Shown: positions 1 to 13,711 of the stretch, piece after piece | Numbering within the stretch: position 1 is the stretch's first letter | Layout of the letters: each line of letters starts with the position of its first letter | The notes under the pieces: generated by a model | Told to the model about the DNA's origin: nothing | What the model saw: the letters and a program-made list of their open reading frames with translations, nothing else | Databases searched by the model: none | Source of the DNA: Phaeosaccion multiseriatum | Lineage: Eukaryota; Protista; Ochrophyta, other classes | Assembly (NCBI GenBank): GCA_965112735.1 | Contig: OZ218958.1 | Location: 2,356,001-2,420,000 of the forward strand | DNA: 64,000 nt | Direction of reading: 5' to 3' | Translations under genes and position numbers: made by a program

Positions 1-259
1 CCATCTCACTCTGAATTGAACACACATGGTATATACATATATGCCCTTGCTCCCTCCTTTAGTCGTCCTCCTCGCAGCAGTACCACACAAGTGTATGTGC
101 CACTCACTCTTTGCTTTCGTGCCTCCCACGCCCCCCCTCCCTGCTGCCCTGTCTTTCTATCTGTCTCTCTGCCGCCATCCATGCCCCCCCCTCTGGCCTT
201 CCCTTCGCCGCGTCTGCCCCCCCCCCCTTCTCCATGACCACCATCACCGCCACCGCCAG

Positions 260-3233
260 ATGCTACGAAAGGCAGTAGCCAGGGTGGGAGAGGCCAACTG
301 GAAAGAGATTGCTTCTCTTGTCGGGACCCGAAATCACGTACAGTGTCTCCAAAGGTGGAAGAAAGTGTTGAAGCCAGGTAGGAAGGGAGGGTAGGGAATG
401 TAGGGAGGTGGGGAGGGTAGGGAGGTGGGGAGGGTGGTGCGTCCAGACGGGCGAGCAAGGAAGCAAGCAAGGAAGCACATGCTGGGGCTGCGCGTGTTGG
501 TCTGCTACTGTTGTGCGCCCCCCATCCCGTGCACCCCTCGGCGGCTGCTCCTGACACACACACACGTACCTCCTGTCATGGCCCTCCTCCTCCTCCTCCT
601 CCTCCTCCTCTCCCTCCTCCTCCTCCTCCTCCTCCTCCTCCTCCTCCTCCTCCTCCTCCTCTCCCTCCTCCTCCTCCTCCTCCTCCTCCTCCTCCTCCTG
701 CCTTTCCTCCTCCTCCTTCTCCTCCTCCCCCCCCTCCTCCTCTCCTCCCCATCCTCGCTGTTGTTTGCTGCTGCTGCTGCTGCTGTACCACCAACTGCTT
801 TATACGCAGGGCTGGTGAAGGGCCCCTGGCGGGTGGAGGAAGACGAACACCTGATGCAACTCATAGGGAGGGGCTTCAAGAATTGGGGGCAGCTTGCCGC
901 CAGGTTAGTGCTTTATGATCCATCCACCCCTTTTCTGGTCCTTTCATAAGTCCATTTATCCATCCCTTTCCTGGTCAATTCATCCCCTCGCTGATCCATC
1001 TTTCGATCATCTGTCCATGCGTCAATGCGATGATCCCTCCATCCATCCATCCATCCATCCATCCACTGCCATCGATCCATCCATCCATCCACCCATCCAT
1101 CCATCCATCCACTGCCATCGATCCATCCCTCCATCCACCCATCCATCCATCCACTGCCATCCGTCCATCCTCCTACCTGTCAGTATGCCCGGCCGGACGA
1201 GCAAGCAGTGCAGAGAGCGGTGGTGTCATCACCTGGACCCGAGCATCAACAAGGGAGAGTGGACAAAGAAGGAGGACCAGGTGGGTGGATGGGTGGATGG
1301 GTGGGTGGGTGGGTGGGTGGGATGGGTGGGTGGGTGAACTGTCTCAAGCCTGGGCAGGGATAGAGCGGCTCGACATTTATAAACAATCGATTTGATGAGT
1401 ATTGGTGCTTTCGAGATCGAGGTCACGCCCTTCACCTGCTGATTGAAACTGAAGGCAAACAAATTAACTGAAACTGAACAAATGACAAAAACTGGCACCC
1501 CCCCCCCCCCAAACCTTCTGACAAAGAACTGCTTAGTACTACAACTGGCAACAAAACCTTGTGTGTGTGTGTGTGTGTGTGGTGAATCACCAACAGGTGG
1601 TGCTGGACATGCAAGAGCAGCTCGGAAACCGATGGAGTCGCATCGCCGCAGTCCTGCCCGGCCGCACGGAGAATGCAATCAAGATCCGCTTCAAGACCAT
1701 CAAGAGGGGGGGGACCAGAGGTAGGCACAACAGCGCCGTAACTGCCTCCTCCACCGGCGGTCTGGCGCAGCAGTTGGACGCCAAACCAGCAGGGGGAGCA
1801 GGGGCGGCTGGAGGGGCAGGGGTCGGAGCAGCGGCAGGGAGCACGGCGGTAGCGGCGGCGGCGGCGGCAGCGGCAGCAGCGGCTTCGGGAGGGGTAGGGA
1901 CTATGGCTGCGGGTATTGGACGTCGTCATCGTCCAACAACTGGCGGCGATGGAATGGGCTTTGGTGGGTTGCCATTGTCGTTACAGTCCGAGAGCGGTGG
2001 TGGAGAGAGAGGTGGAGGCGCCTACTCGGGGGGTGATCAGAGAGGCAAGTCAAGGTCAGGATCAGGAGCTTTAAGCGGTGATCGGGGGAGGCTGGGTAGC
2101 GGCGGCGAGGGTAGCAACAGCCTTGGAGGGGAGGGGGACACAGCCATTGACGCTCGCGCTCTCTACGCGCTCAACTCGCGGCGGTTAAAAGTAGAAGCGC
2201 AGCAGGACAACGAAGGTGGAGATGAGACTGGCCTGTCGAGAGCACTGGCTCGGAGTCCTCAGAGGAGTCTGCGAAGTAGCCAACAACAACACAAAGGGGC
2301 GAGGGGAGGAGACGGGGGAGGGGGGGGAGGGGGTGTACAGGGACAAGGGGGGGCAGGTAGCAGCACAGGAGCAGGAGGAGGAGGAGGAGGAGGAGGAAGA
2401 GAAGGGGCCATGGGAGGAGTCATGATGGCTGCGGAGTACCTTCTCAATGCTCGCAAGCGGCACAAGAGCGGGGATGGGAGTGCGAGTGGTGTACAGGGGG
2501 GGGGGGAGGAGATTGGCCGAGTCAACAGCAGTAGTAGTGCGATTGGAAGCATTGGAAGCCTCGGTAGTATCGGCAGCCTCGGCGGTCTGGCGGATAGTCC
2601 GAGTCAAGAGCAGGCGGGGATGGCTGCCCAAATAGTGGGTATGGGTAGTGACGGAGGGGGAGGGGGAGGAGGAGGAGGAGGAGGAGGAGGAGAGGGTGTA
2701 GGAGGAGAAGGCGCCAATGCGAGCGCGAAAGCCATGATGGGCGGCTTCGTAGACTTTGATGCTTTGCTGCGCTTTTCGCAGCAGCAGCAGCGACTCCTCA
2801 TGGCAGAAGGAGGGGGTGGTGATGCGGGACAAGGAGGAGGAGCAGGAGCAGCAGCAGGAGGAGGAGGAGGAGGAGAGAGTAGTCGAAAAACGGGCATGCC
2901 TTCACATGATAGTTACTCCAGAGCTGGTTTGCTCTTGGAAGGCGGTGCCAAGGGGCAGAGCCAGCAGCAGCAGCAGCAACAGGAAGAGACGCATCGGCGG
3001 CAGTCAGGAGCGAGCGCGAGTGATGGCGATATACCTCGATCGGAGTCTGGGGCGAGCATCCCTAGCTTCGCTCACTGCCTTAGCGGACTCAGCGATTCGT
3101 GCGACCCTACCCTCACGTTCGATCGAGAACCGAGCTACTTTGGAGGCAGCTGGGACGGCTTGCCAACGGAGGAGTCGCAGCTTGGAGGCCTTGGGTTATC
3201 GGTGTGGCAACGGCAGTTCAAGCAGAGGCAACT

Positions 3234-3274
<41 letters not shown>

Positions 3275-3530
3275 TGGCGATACAGCATCAACAGGACCAG
3301 GGTCAGCAGATGAGTGCGATGATGCGGTTGCAGGAGCTTAACCGGGTTCAGCAGCAGCAACAGCAGCAGGGGGTGATGGGAGGGGTGGGGGGGTTGGGGG
3401 GGGGGGGGGTCAGCATGGAGCAGCAGGCATCAAACGAGATGGCGCAGATGCGGCAGCAGCTTCATATGCAGGAACTGCAGTTGCAGCAGCACCGGCAGCA
3501 GATGCGCCTCCAACAGATAGCTGCCATACA

Positions 3531-3566
<36 letters not shown>

Positions 3567-5036
3567 CCAACAGCAACAGCAACAGCAACAGCAGTTGGCG
3601 ATACAGCAGCAGCATCAGCAGCATCAGCAGCAGCAGCAGCAGCAGAAACAGCCCGTCTTGGCCCAAGACTCCTCCTCCTCGCAAGGGCAGAGTCGTGGTG
3701 CTGCGCCGCTCTCTCTCCCTCCCGACCTCTCCAACAGCGGCAGCGGAGGAGGAGAAGGAGGAGACTCCCTCTCCCACTCCAACCCCAACAGTGCCTCCAT
3801 CCCCAAAGCCCTGTCAGCGCTGGGGCTGTCGGACCTGATCGCAGGGCCAGGCATCATAGACTACTGTGACCCCTCTGCGCTTATGCAGGTAGGTTGCTGT
3901 TATCGCTTGCTGTCAACTTCCCCATCGCCTCACCTCACTCGGTCACTTACTCACTCACTCACGGACTCACTTACTCACGGTCTCGCTCACTTACGGACTC
4001 ACTCAATCACTCGCTCACATATTCACTCACTCACTCACTCACTCACCCACCCACAGACTCACACACAGACTTATTCATACTTTACTCACGCACCACCCCC
4101 TGTATCACCAACACCCCCTATACCATCACCAACAAACAGGCTTGCCACTTCGAGGTGCTCAAGGACGTTAGCAACGAAGGGCAAGGTGGTGGCGGGCTGC
4201 AAAGCTCCGGGCACGTAAGCCTCGCCGCTACCCCAAGTCCTAGCCCCAACCCAAGCTTAGCCACCAGTGCAGGCAGTGGCGTATACGACCAGGACTCCTT
4301 TGGCATGGGCGGCACCGGCGTTGGCGCGGGTGTCTCGGGTGGCGGTAGTAGCGGTGGTGGTGGTGGTGGTGGTGGTGGTGGTGGTGGTGGTGGTGGTGGT
4401 GGTGGTGGTGGTGATAGCGGCGGGTTGGGAGACCTGGGGGGCAGGAGTATGAGTAGCAATAGCCTGTGGGGCGGGGCTGGCCTGCTGCTGGGCGGGGAGG
4501 ACGACTTGACAGGTTGGGGGTGTGCCACCTTCCCTCTCGGTGGCTATGCGCGTCCCGAACTTCAGCAGCAGCATCAGCCGCACCACCAACAAACAGGGCA
4601 GCAGCAGCAACAGCAGCAAGACGCGGAAGGAGTGTCCGGGGTGTGGCAAGGCGGGGGTGGCAGCAGAAACTTAAGCTTAGGCGATTTAGATGGCAGTGGA
4701 AGTACTGGTGGAAGGGGAAGGAAGCGGCGGGCGACTAATTTGGAGGAGAGCTTGGACCAGCCTATCCATATGGCCGTTACCCAAGGGGGTGTGGGCTCCC
4801 AACAAGGCTCCTCCTCTTCGGTGTTGCTGGACGACAAGGGCGGCCAGCAGCAGGGCCAGCAGCAAGGCCAACAGCAACAGCAACAACAACAGCAGCAGGG
4901 TCAACAAGGGGTAGTGGCAGGGGCTGGGGCTGGGCTAGTGTCACCGCCAGATCTGAGCAACCTCGGCGACTACAATTTTGAAATGACCGACTTCCCGGGC
5001 GGGGCGGGGGGGGGGGCAGGCTATTTCTTTGCCTAG
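260..5036 (+). CDS. Three-repeat (R1R2R3-type) MYB transcription factor with long Gly/Gln-rich C-terminus; 5' end probably upstream of the window
   Basis: GT-AG exons at about 260-377, 810-903, 1184-1280, 1597-3888 and 4140-5036 join in frame. They give [54 protein letters not shown]...[72 protein letters not shown], i.e. three MYB repeats with regularly spaced Trp. The first repeat lacks its N-terminal W, and the exon at 260 follows a CAG acceptor. Confidence 0.92.
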
Positions 5037-5477
5037 GCTACAGGGGGATAGATGAGGGGGGAGGGGAAGGAGGGCGGAGGAAGAAGACCAGGGGTTGGCT
5101 GTACGTAGGTACACGCTCCATTTTAATTCTCAATTTCAGTTCAGCTTACAAAATGGGGAGGACCTCGCATCTGTGGCCGCTCAGCAGCCTCGTAGAGGAT
5201 GCAATGGCAGTGGATGGGATGGCAGCATAGAAGGAGTTCCGAGCAAACCTACTACTACGAAGTACTTGTAACGGTACGAGGGAGCGGCTCGGAGGCAGGC
5301 AGGAAGGAAGGGAGGCCCCCTCTTCCTTGGACCCAATCCAATCAACAGTACACACCTCCTCTCGCGCTTCTTCAGAGGAGCGATGGAAGACGTTCCACTA
5401 CTTCTCTCTCGCCTCCCACCACAGGCAGAGCAGCCTCACTCGCACGTGCAGCTTCTCAAGTCTTGGGTTGGCGATGC

Positions 5478-7568
5478 TCAGGGGTCAGCTCGGCTCCTCT
5501 TCCGCGATGGCCATTCTTCTTGATCCTTCTCAGTCTCGTTCTGCTCCAGCTCAAAGCCGTACTCTCCCATCAGCGTCTTCACCTCCCTCGACATGCCCTG
5601 CAAGCAGAAGAACTCCGCGGCCTGCAGAGCCTACTTGGCTCGAACGTCGTCGAACAGCTTCACACGCTTCCTCTTCTTCCCTCCCCTGCCCTTGCCTTCA
5701 GCTTTCCCCCCGTCTCCTCGCCTACCGCTGCTGTTGCTGCTCGCGCCCCCCTCTGTGCCCCCCCCTCCCGGCCTTCTCGTCAGCAGCTCCTCCACACTGC
5801 CCGTCGTCACGAACTTCACCACAGCCTCAAAGCCCTCCTCGGTGAAGTCCACACCATCATACTTCAGCTCTACACGCTTCATCTGCTTCTTGCCCTTCCC
5901 TGTCCCCTTCTCCTCCCCTTCATCATCTTCATCGTCCCCCTTGTAGCCGTGCTTCCTCGGGTCAAGCATATTCGGAAGAATGCCTGCCGCTGAGGCTTGG
6001 CCTGTGGAGATCTTCACTCTTTCCTCCTCTCTCCCACTGACCCTCGCCGCCAGCCGTTCCATCAGAGGGAGGCTCAAGACGTACTGCTTCTCGCCCTTCT
6101 CTCCACTGCGCGTATTCACCAGCCTAACCCGCACTGTGCTGTCAGCCTTCTCATCCTCAGTACCAGCTAAAACGGACATACAGTGCTCCGAAACGGTGTG
6201 GAGTCTGCCTTTCACCAGATTGCACTCCTCCATCCCTTCTTGGAAGAAAGAAGCAAAGCTATCGCCGAAGCCTGCCTCCCCTGCCACTTTCATCACCTTC
6301 CCATCGACAGCCGTGCCCATCTTCAGCAGGAATCGAGCCACCTTCTCGCGCGCCTCCTTCTCTCCTGGTGATGTACCAAGCTCAAGCAAAGTCTGAGCCA
6401 CCTTCCCTTCTCCAGGGCGCATGCACGATACCAAAGGACTTTCCCCGTCATCGGTGAGGGCATCGACCGCCGCTCCACCCTCCACCAGGAGGTAGGCCAT
6501 CTTGATGCTGCCCAGGGCGGCCGCGAGATGCAGTGCGGTGATCGAATTATTGTCCTTGACATCGACAGAGGCATCGGCGCGTATCAGCTCGCTCACAACC
6601 TTGATGTGGCCTCTACCGGCAGCATCCAGCAAAGGGCTGCGGCCGTTTTCATCCACAGCGTCAAGGGGGGCACCGCGGCGAATGAGCTCCTTCACACATC
6701 CCAGTTTTCCACACAAAGAGGCGAAGTGGAGCGGCGTGACCAAATCGATGCGCGCTGCATCGACCTCGAGCCCTCTGCCCACAAGAATGGGGATGCACTG
6801 TTCGTTTCCGAAGTACGCGGCGAGGTGCAGGAGAGTGCTGCCACGTCCATTCTTCACCTGCACATCTGCGCCCTTCTTGAGCAAGATCGACAGAGCCTCG
6901 GCCCGCCCTGCTTTTGAGCCCTGCCCCTCCTTCCCTGAGCAGCAGCTCGGGGCAGCCGTACACCCATACTGATTCTTCTCGACGACATTGGCCCCCGCCT
7001 TCAGCAACATCTTCACACTCGAAGGGCGCCCATACCGAGCCGCATCGTGCAAGGCGTAGGTCCCCTCCCATTTGGCTCCATGCTTAAGCAAGTACCACAC
7101 AATCATGGGGTGGCCGGCGGAAGCAGCAAGGCGCAGAGGTGTCGCTCCAGCATCACACTTGATGCTGACATCCGCACCCGCCTCCACTAGCCCCTTCACC
7201 AAGTCAAAGTGCCCCCTGCGTGCAGCTTGGTGCAGAGCCGTCTCGCCAGGCGCAACTTCATCCTCCCCACTGCTGAGTTTGGCGTCCAGGTCCAGTCCGC
7301 ACTCCTCCAGCAGCTTCACCCCCTCCAGCATCCTCGAACCCTTCACCTCCGAGCAGCGTGACTCTTTGCTCTTCTCAGCACCGGCCAGGTAGTGCAGCGG
7401 ACCATAACCCTTCTGCTTGAGCTCCTCAACATCGACGGTGCAGAGAACGGCCTTGAGCAAGAGCAGGAGGTCTTCCTTGCTGCTTCCCCAGCCCGAAGCC
7501 TCCAGCTCAACTCTCTTGTCATACCACCCCTGCACCTTCCCGGCAATCCTCTCCCGCTCCGCACTCAT
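5478..7568 (-). CDS. Ankyrin-repeat + divergent BTB/POZ protein, copy A; premature TAG at 5631-5633 (truncated allele or pseudogene)
   Basis: Intronless 645-aa ORF with about 9-10 ankyrin repeats (GETALHQAARRGH, GATPLRLAASAGH, TPLHFASLCGKLG, ITALHLAAALG). Past the TAG the frame still encodes ALQAAEFFCLQGMSREVKTLMGEYGFELEQNETEKDQEEWPSRKRSRADP up to TGA at 5478-5480, colinear with copies B and C. Confidence 0.88.
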
Positions 7569-8044
7569 CTTCCTCGAGAGCGCTCTCTTCCCCTACCCAA
7601 GCGGGTCTATCGTAAGGACAACAGCAGCCCAGCGTTAAGGATCCGTGAACATCTTAGTGGGCGAAGGGGGGGACAATCGGGACCTTATAATGGCAACTTG
7701 GGGGAGGAAAAAAGAAAAAAGGATTGAAAAATAAAGCACATGTGGAGGATTATGGGCGGGGAAACGCCATTTTTTCTTCTTTCCCCCTCCCCTTCTCCCC
7801 TCCACTCTGCTGATAAAATCCTCAACCAAAGCAGCTTAAGCGCAGGCCGTCTCTTGTACATGCCACTGGGCTAGGCTTACGATGATACAGTGGAGAGAAA
7901 GCGAAGGTGAGATCGGAAGGAGACGAACAATGCTCTGAAAAAAAGCCTTTCGTTGAGGACATTCACCGAAGGCGCGAAATGAGCCAGCAGCAGCAGCAGT
8001 AGCAGGAGATGGCATGGGCACTCCATTGAGGGGATTGGGGAAAC

Positions 8045-11000
8045 ATGTGTGAGCCATCATCTGCCTCGTCGATGCCCTCTACCGCTGACGAGGAGAAGCC
8101 TGATGGCGCCAAAGATCAAGACGGAGGCTCGTCCCGCTCTATTTTGACGAAGAGCTCTTCCAGCAGCGTGGGTGGATCTGAAGCAAGCTTCCCAGCGGAC
8201 ATCATCACCCGAGTGCGATCAGTGGGGAATTGGAAGAAACTCTCCCCCACTATGGAGGGGTCGCAAAAAGGAGGGGGGGGAGGAGGTGGCGAAGGAGACG
8301 TGAAAGACACAGGCTCACCCCAAGGACATACTATCATCCAAGACACTGGGGAGGCAAGCACCGGCGCCTCCCCAACGCAAGCCTTGAGCAGGGGGCAGAG
8401 CAACTTGTCTCTTTTGGGGTCGAGTATGGGCAACTTCGCACATGCTCTTCGCATCAACCCCAGCGCTCCCTCGAGCAGACACGGCTCAGAGCCCCACCTG
8501 ATTCAAATCGGAAGTCCTTCTTCTCTACACCACAAGGGCAGTAGCAGCAACTTTCACCTGCCGAGCCTGGGTGGCCTCGGTAGCCCGCTGAGTCGCAAGA
8601 CAAGCCACTACAGGATCACCGAGCGCATCGCAGCGGAGGTGGCCGCGGCGGAGCTCGCTTCCCCGCCAGGAAGCACCCCGGGTTCGCCCACCCACGGTGG
8701 CTCTGGGAGAAGACACTTGTCGTCGACTGTGGGTAGCCCTACGGAAGGAGGAGGAGGCAGCGGGATGAGGCCCTGTCTCGGCAGCCCAAAGGGTAGCACG
8801 GTGGGGGCCCTGGATGGCAAGACCGGCGGCTACATAGCGGCCGGCGCTCTAGCGATGGTTGCCGACACGCAGGCGAAGCTCCGAGCGGGGGTGGAGACTG
8901 ATGCCTCCTTTGTTGGGAGCACTATAAAGGAGGTAAGCATCGGACAGGGAGGGGGGAGGGGGGGGGGAGGGGCTTCTGAGGTCCCATTTACTGCCTGTGG
9001 CTTGCCTCGGTCCCCTCCTCTCCTCCTTCACCTCACCCTGCGCATACCCCTCACTCCTCCCCGCCCCCCCACCCCCACCCCTCCATCATCATCTTCTTCT
9101 TCTTCTTCTTCTTCTTCTTCTTCTTCTTCTTCTTCTTCTTCTTCTTCTTCTTCTTCTTCTTCTTCTTCTTCTTCTTCTTCTTCTTCTTCTTCTTCTTCTT
9201 CTTCTTCTTCTTCTTCTTCTTCTTCTTCTTCTTCTTCTTCTTCTTCTTCTTCTTCTTCTTCTTCTTCTTCTTCTTCTTCTTCTTCTTCTTCTTCTTCTTC
9301 TTCTTCTTCTTCTTCTTCTTCTTCTTCTTCTTCTTCTTCTTCTTCTTCTTCTTCTTCTTCTTCTTCTTCTTCTTCTTCTTCTTCTTCTTCTTCTTCTTCT
9401 TCTTCTTCTTCTTCTTCTTCTTCTTCTTCTTCTTCTTCTTCTTCTTCTTCTTCTTCTTCTTCTTCTTCTTCTTCTTCTTCTTCTTCTTCTTCTTCTTCTT
9501 CTTCTTCTTCTTCTTCTTCTTCTTCTTCTTCTTCTTCTTCTTCTTCTTCTTCTTCTTCTTCTTCTTCTTCTTCTTCTTCTTCTTCTTCTTCTTCTTCTTC
9601 TTCTTCTTCTTCTTCTTCTTCTTCTTCTTCTTCTTCTTCTTCTTCTTCTTCTTCTTCTTCTTCTTCTTCTTCTTCTTCTCAGGCCATCATCGAGCACGAG
9701 AGGAGGGATGCGCTCCCTGAGGAAGTAGCGCTTGTCACCAACACACTCACCACTGTCGGCTTCTTACAGAAAGCTATGGTGGAGGAGGTAAGGGAGATGG
9801 TGATACAGAAGGAGGGAGGGAAGGAAGGAGGGACGGAGGGAGAAGGGGAGGGAGGGAGGGAAGAAGAAGGGAGTGTAGGAGGGAGGACAACCCCTCCCCT
9901 CCCCTACACACTCAAATACTCACACCCACCCATCCACGCAACTCACTCACTTATTCACTCCCTTATTCACTCACTTATTCACTCCCTTACTCACGCAACA
10001 CCTCATACACATACACGCGTTGGTGATACACACTCTTTCAGGTCCGTCATCTCGCGGCTCATGCTGTGAAAGTACTCATACGATCCGAAGAGTATCTGAT
10101 ACGTCAAGGTGCGTAAGGGAGCACGTCAGTCAATGAATGGGGGTGGGGGCTTTACTGACTTACAGTGAATGGGAGTGGGGGGTTTATTGACTTACAGTGA
10201 ATGGGGGTGGGAAGGGAAGGGAGGGACGGACGGAAAGAGGCGAGAGAGAGAGAGAGAGGCGCGCGAGAGAGAGAGAGAGAGAGAGCGAGGCGAGAGAGAG
10301 AGAGAGAGCGAGAAGAGAGAGAAAAGGAGATAGACAGACAGAGAGAGAGGAGAGTGAGAGAGAGGGGCTCTCTCCCTCCTTCCCCTCCCTCCCTCCCTCC
10401 CTCTCTCCCTCTGAATCACGAACTCCCTCTCTCCCTCCCTTTCTTCTCTCATGAGTAGGCGAGATGACTCCCGAGCCGATGGTGTACATCATCCTCAGCG
10501 GCCGCCTCACTGTGTCCATCCTGGAGAAGCTTCCCGGCCACTCCAAGCCACAGGAGGTGGATGTGGCTGAGCTGGTGGTGAGTGAGCGAGGGAGTGAGTG
10601 ATTGGGTGGTGGAGGGAGGGAAGGGAAGGAGGGTGTGAGTGAGTGAGTGAGTGAGTGAGTGAGTGAGTGAGTGAGTGAGTGAGTGAGTGATGTAATCCAT
10701 ATCCACTGCTCTCCCAACTCAGCATCGCACCCCTGCTCCTCCGCTGCATCTGCTCTCTTTGTACCCTGTACTCTATGTTCCCGCTCCCCCCCTCCCTTCC
10801 CCCCCCCCTCCTCTCTGTCCGTCCTCACAGCGCGGCGACTACTTCGGTGAGGGCCAACTGCTGCAGGAAGGGACGGCAGCCTACGCATCGGTCCGCTCCT
10901 CAAGTAAGTCAGCAAGCGCAGCACAAGCACAAGCACGAACTACTTGGCTGTCTCACCAACTGCTGCTGCTGCACCACCAAAAGCTGCTGTACCACAGCCC

Positions 11001-12684
11001 TTCAACTGCTGTATGACTGTGCCACCAGCTACTGTATGACTCTAACACCAATGCTGCTGCTGTACAACCAACTCACCATCTGCTGTATGACTGTACCACC
11101 AACTGCTGCAGCTCCTGTGGGGCTGTACGTGCTGACCAAGAAGCATCTCGACACCGCCCTCTCAGACCGCTCCAGAGTACTCATGCTGCAGGACATGAAG
11201 GTAACTAAGCGCGTTGGTGATACAGCCGCTGCACTTGGTAGGACCCCTCTCTTCCTCTCTCCTCTCTCTGCCGCTCCTTGCCTGTCTCTCTCTTCTTCTC
11301 CTCTCTCCCCCTCCCTCACTCTCTCTCTCTCTCTTCCTCTCCTCTCTCTGTCTGTCTCTCCCTCTCTCCTCTCTCTCCCTCTCTCTGTGTGTCTCCCTCA
11401 CTCTCTGTCTCTCTCTTCCTCTACTCTCTCTGTCTGTCTCTCCCTCTCTCCTCTCTCTCCCTTTCTCTGTGTCTCTCCCTCACTCTCTGTCTCTCTCTTC
11501 CTCTCCTCTCTCTGTCTGTCTCTCCCTCTCTCCTCTCTCTCCCTCTCTCTGTGTCTCTCCCTCACTCTCTGTCTCTCTCTTCCTCTCCTCTCTCTGTCTG
11601 TCTCTCCCTCTCTCCCTCTCTCTCCCTCTCTCCTCTCTGTCTGTCTCTCCCTCTCTGTGTCTCTCCTCTCTCTTGGGTGCCTCTCCCTATCTCCTTCCTC
11701 GCCCTCTCTCTCTCCCTCTTTGCTCTCTCCCTCTCTGCTCTCTCTCTCCCTCCCTTTCTGTCCCCTCTTTCTCGGTCTCTCTCCCTATTTCCCTCCTCTA
11801 CCGCCCTCTGTCCCTCTCTCCCTGTGTCTTATCTCTCCTGCCCTCTCTTCCCCCCCTCACCCCCCCTCGAACCCCTCCTTTCCTCCTCCCTTCCTCCCCC
11901 CTGCCATCCGCTGCCATCCACCCAAACGAAGGTGCGGAAGTTCTTCAACGCGCACTTGCACGATATGTTTGCAGTCATCCAGAAGGACCACGTCGGTGAG
12001 TTGCGTGAGCAAGTACAGGGTGTCAGTCAGTCAGTCAGTCAGTCAGCCAGTCAGTCAGTCAGTCAGTCAGACAGTTAGTCAGTCAGTCAGTCAGTCAGTC
12101 AGTCAGTCAGTCAGTCAGTCAGTCAGTCAGTCAGTCAGTCAGTCAGTCAGTCAGTCAGTCAGTCAGTCAGTCAATCAGTCAGTCAGTCAGTCCATCAGTC
12201 AGTCAGTCAGTCAGTCAATCAGTCAGTCATCCAGAAGGACCACGTCGGTGAGTTGCGTGAGCAAGTACAGGGTGTCAGTCAGTCAGTCAGTCAGTCAGCC
12301 AGTCAGTCAGTCAGTCAGTCAGACAGTTAGTCAGTCAGTCAGTCAGTCAGTCAGTCAGTCAGTCAGTCAGTCAGTCAGTCAGTCAGTCAGTCAGTCAGTC
12401 AGTCAGTCAGTCAGTCAGTCAGTCAGTCAATCAGTCAGTCAGTCAGTCCATCAGTCAGTCAGTCAGTCAGTCAATCAGTCAGTCATCCAGAAGGACCACG
12501 TCGGTGAGTTGCGTGAGCAAGTACAGGGTGTCAGTCAGTCAGTCAGTCAGTCAGTCAGTCAGTCAGGCAGTTAGTTAGTTAGTCAGTGAGTGCCTGATGT
12601 CATCATCCATCACCCCCTCCCTACCAGCTGAATTCGTTCAACCTCTCTCTCTCCCTCTCTCTCTCTCCCTCTCTCTCTCTCCCT

Positions 12685-12721
<37 letters not shown>

Positions 12722-13663
12722 TGTATCTCTATCTCTCTCTCCCCCCCCCTCCCTCTCTGTGTGTCTTTCCATTGGACTGAACGGAGTCCAGGGATGAAGC
12801 ACCTGTGGCGCTTCGCCAAGCAACACCGCGACTCGGGCTACCTCGCCTTCTTTCAGGAGGTAAGGAAGAAGGAGACAAGGGGGTGAATGGAGGGTTAGTG
12901 GAGAGTTCATGAGTTCTTTCAGGAGGTAAGGAAGAAGGAGACAAGGGGGTGAATGGAGGGTTAGTGGAGAGTTCATGAGTTCTTTCAGGAGGTAAGGATG
13001 AAGGAGACAAGGGGGTGAATGGAGGGTTAGTGGAGAGTTCATGAGTTCTTTCAGGAGGTAAGGAAGAAGGAGACAAGGGGGTGAATGGAGGGTTAGTGGA
13101 GAGTTCATGAGTTCTTTCAGGAGGTAAGGATGAAGGAGACAAGGGGGTGAATGGAGGGTTAGTGGAGAGTTCATGAGTTCTTTCAGGACGTAAGGAAGAA
13201 GGAGACAAGGGGGTGAATGATGGAGGGTTAGTGGAGAGTTCATGGGTGGTAACGAGGGGGACAACCTGAGTAAGGGAGGGAGGGAAGTGAACAGAGAGTG
13301 GAGACTTAAACAAGGATCTCCCCTTGAGGATAGTTCCTTCTTTCTAAGCCACCCGTGATTGACCATCAGGTTCAAGTTGCTCCGCTCTGTGAGCAAGCTC
13401 CGCTCTAACACCCTTCTACCACCAGCTTTCTAGGCTCACTTTCTCTATGCCATCTGTGAATGACGAATCAGGTATCCATGTACAAGCTGCTCCGCTCCGA
13501 CACGCTCCGCCTTCAGCACGTGCGGCGTATCTACGACACATACCTGGGTCAAGAGCGGTCTGTCGTCAGTCTAGGCGTGGTCATTCACCTCACTGAGATG
13601 CAGAGGAGGAAGGTAGGTGTCAGGATAGAAGAGGGGTGTGTGTGTGTGGGTGGGTGTGTGTGC

Positions 13664-13711
<48 letters not shown>

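Noticed and set aside
12848-13245. CRISPR-like appearance of regular repeats (also 11974-12570, 30092-30198 and 51519-51872)
   Set aside because: The units are head-to-tail with no unique spacers, lie in introns of a eukaryotic genome, and no cas genes are present.
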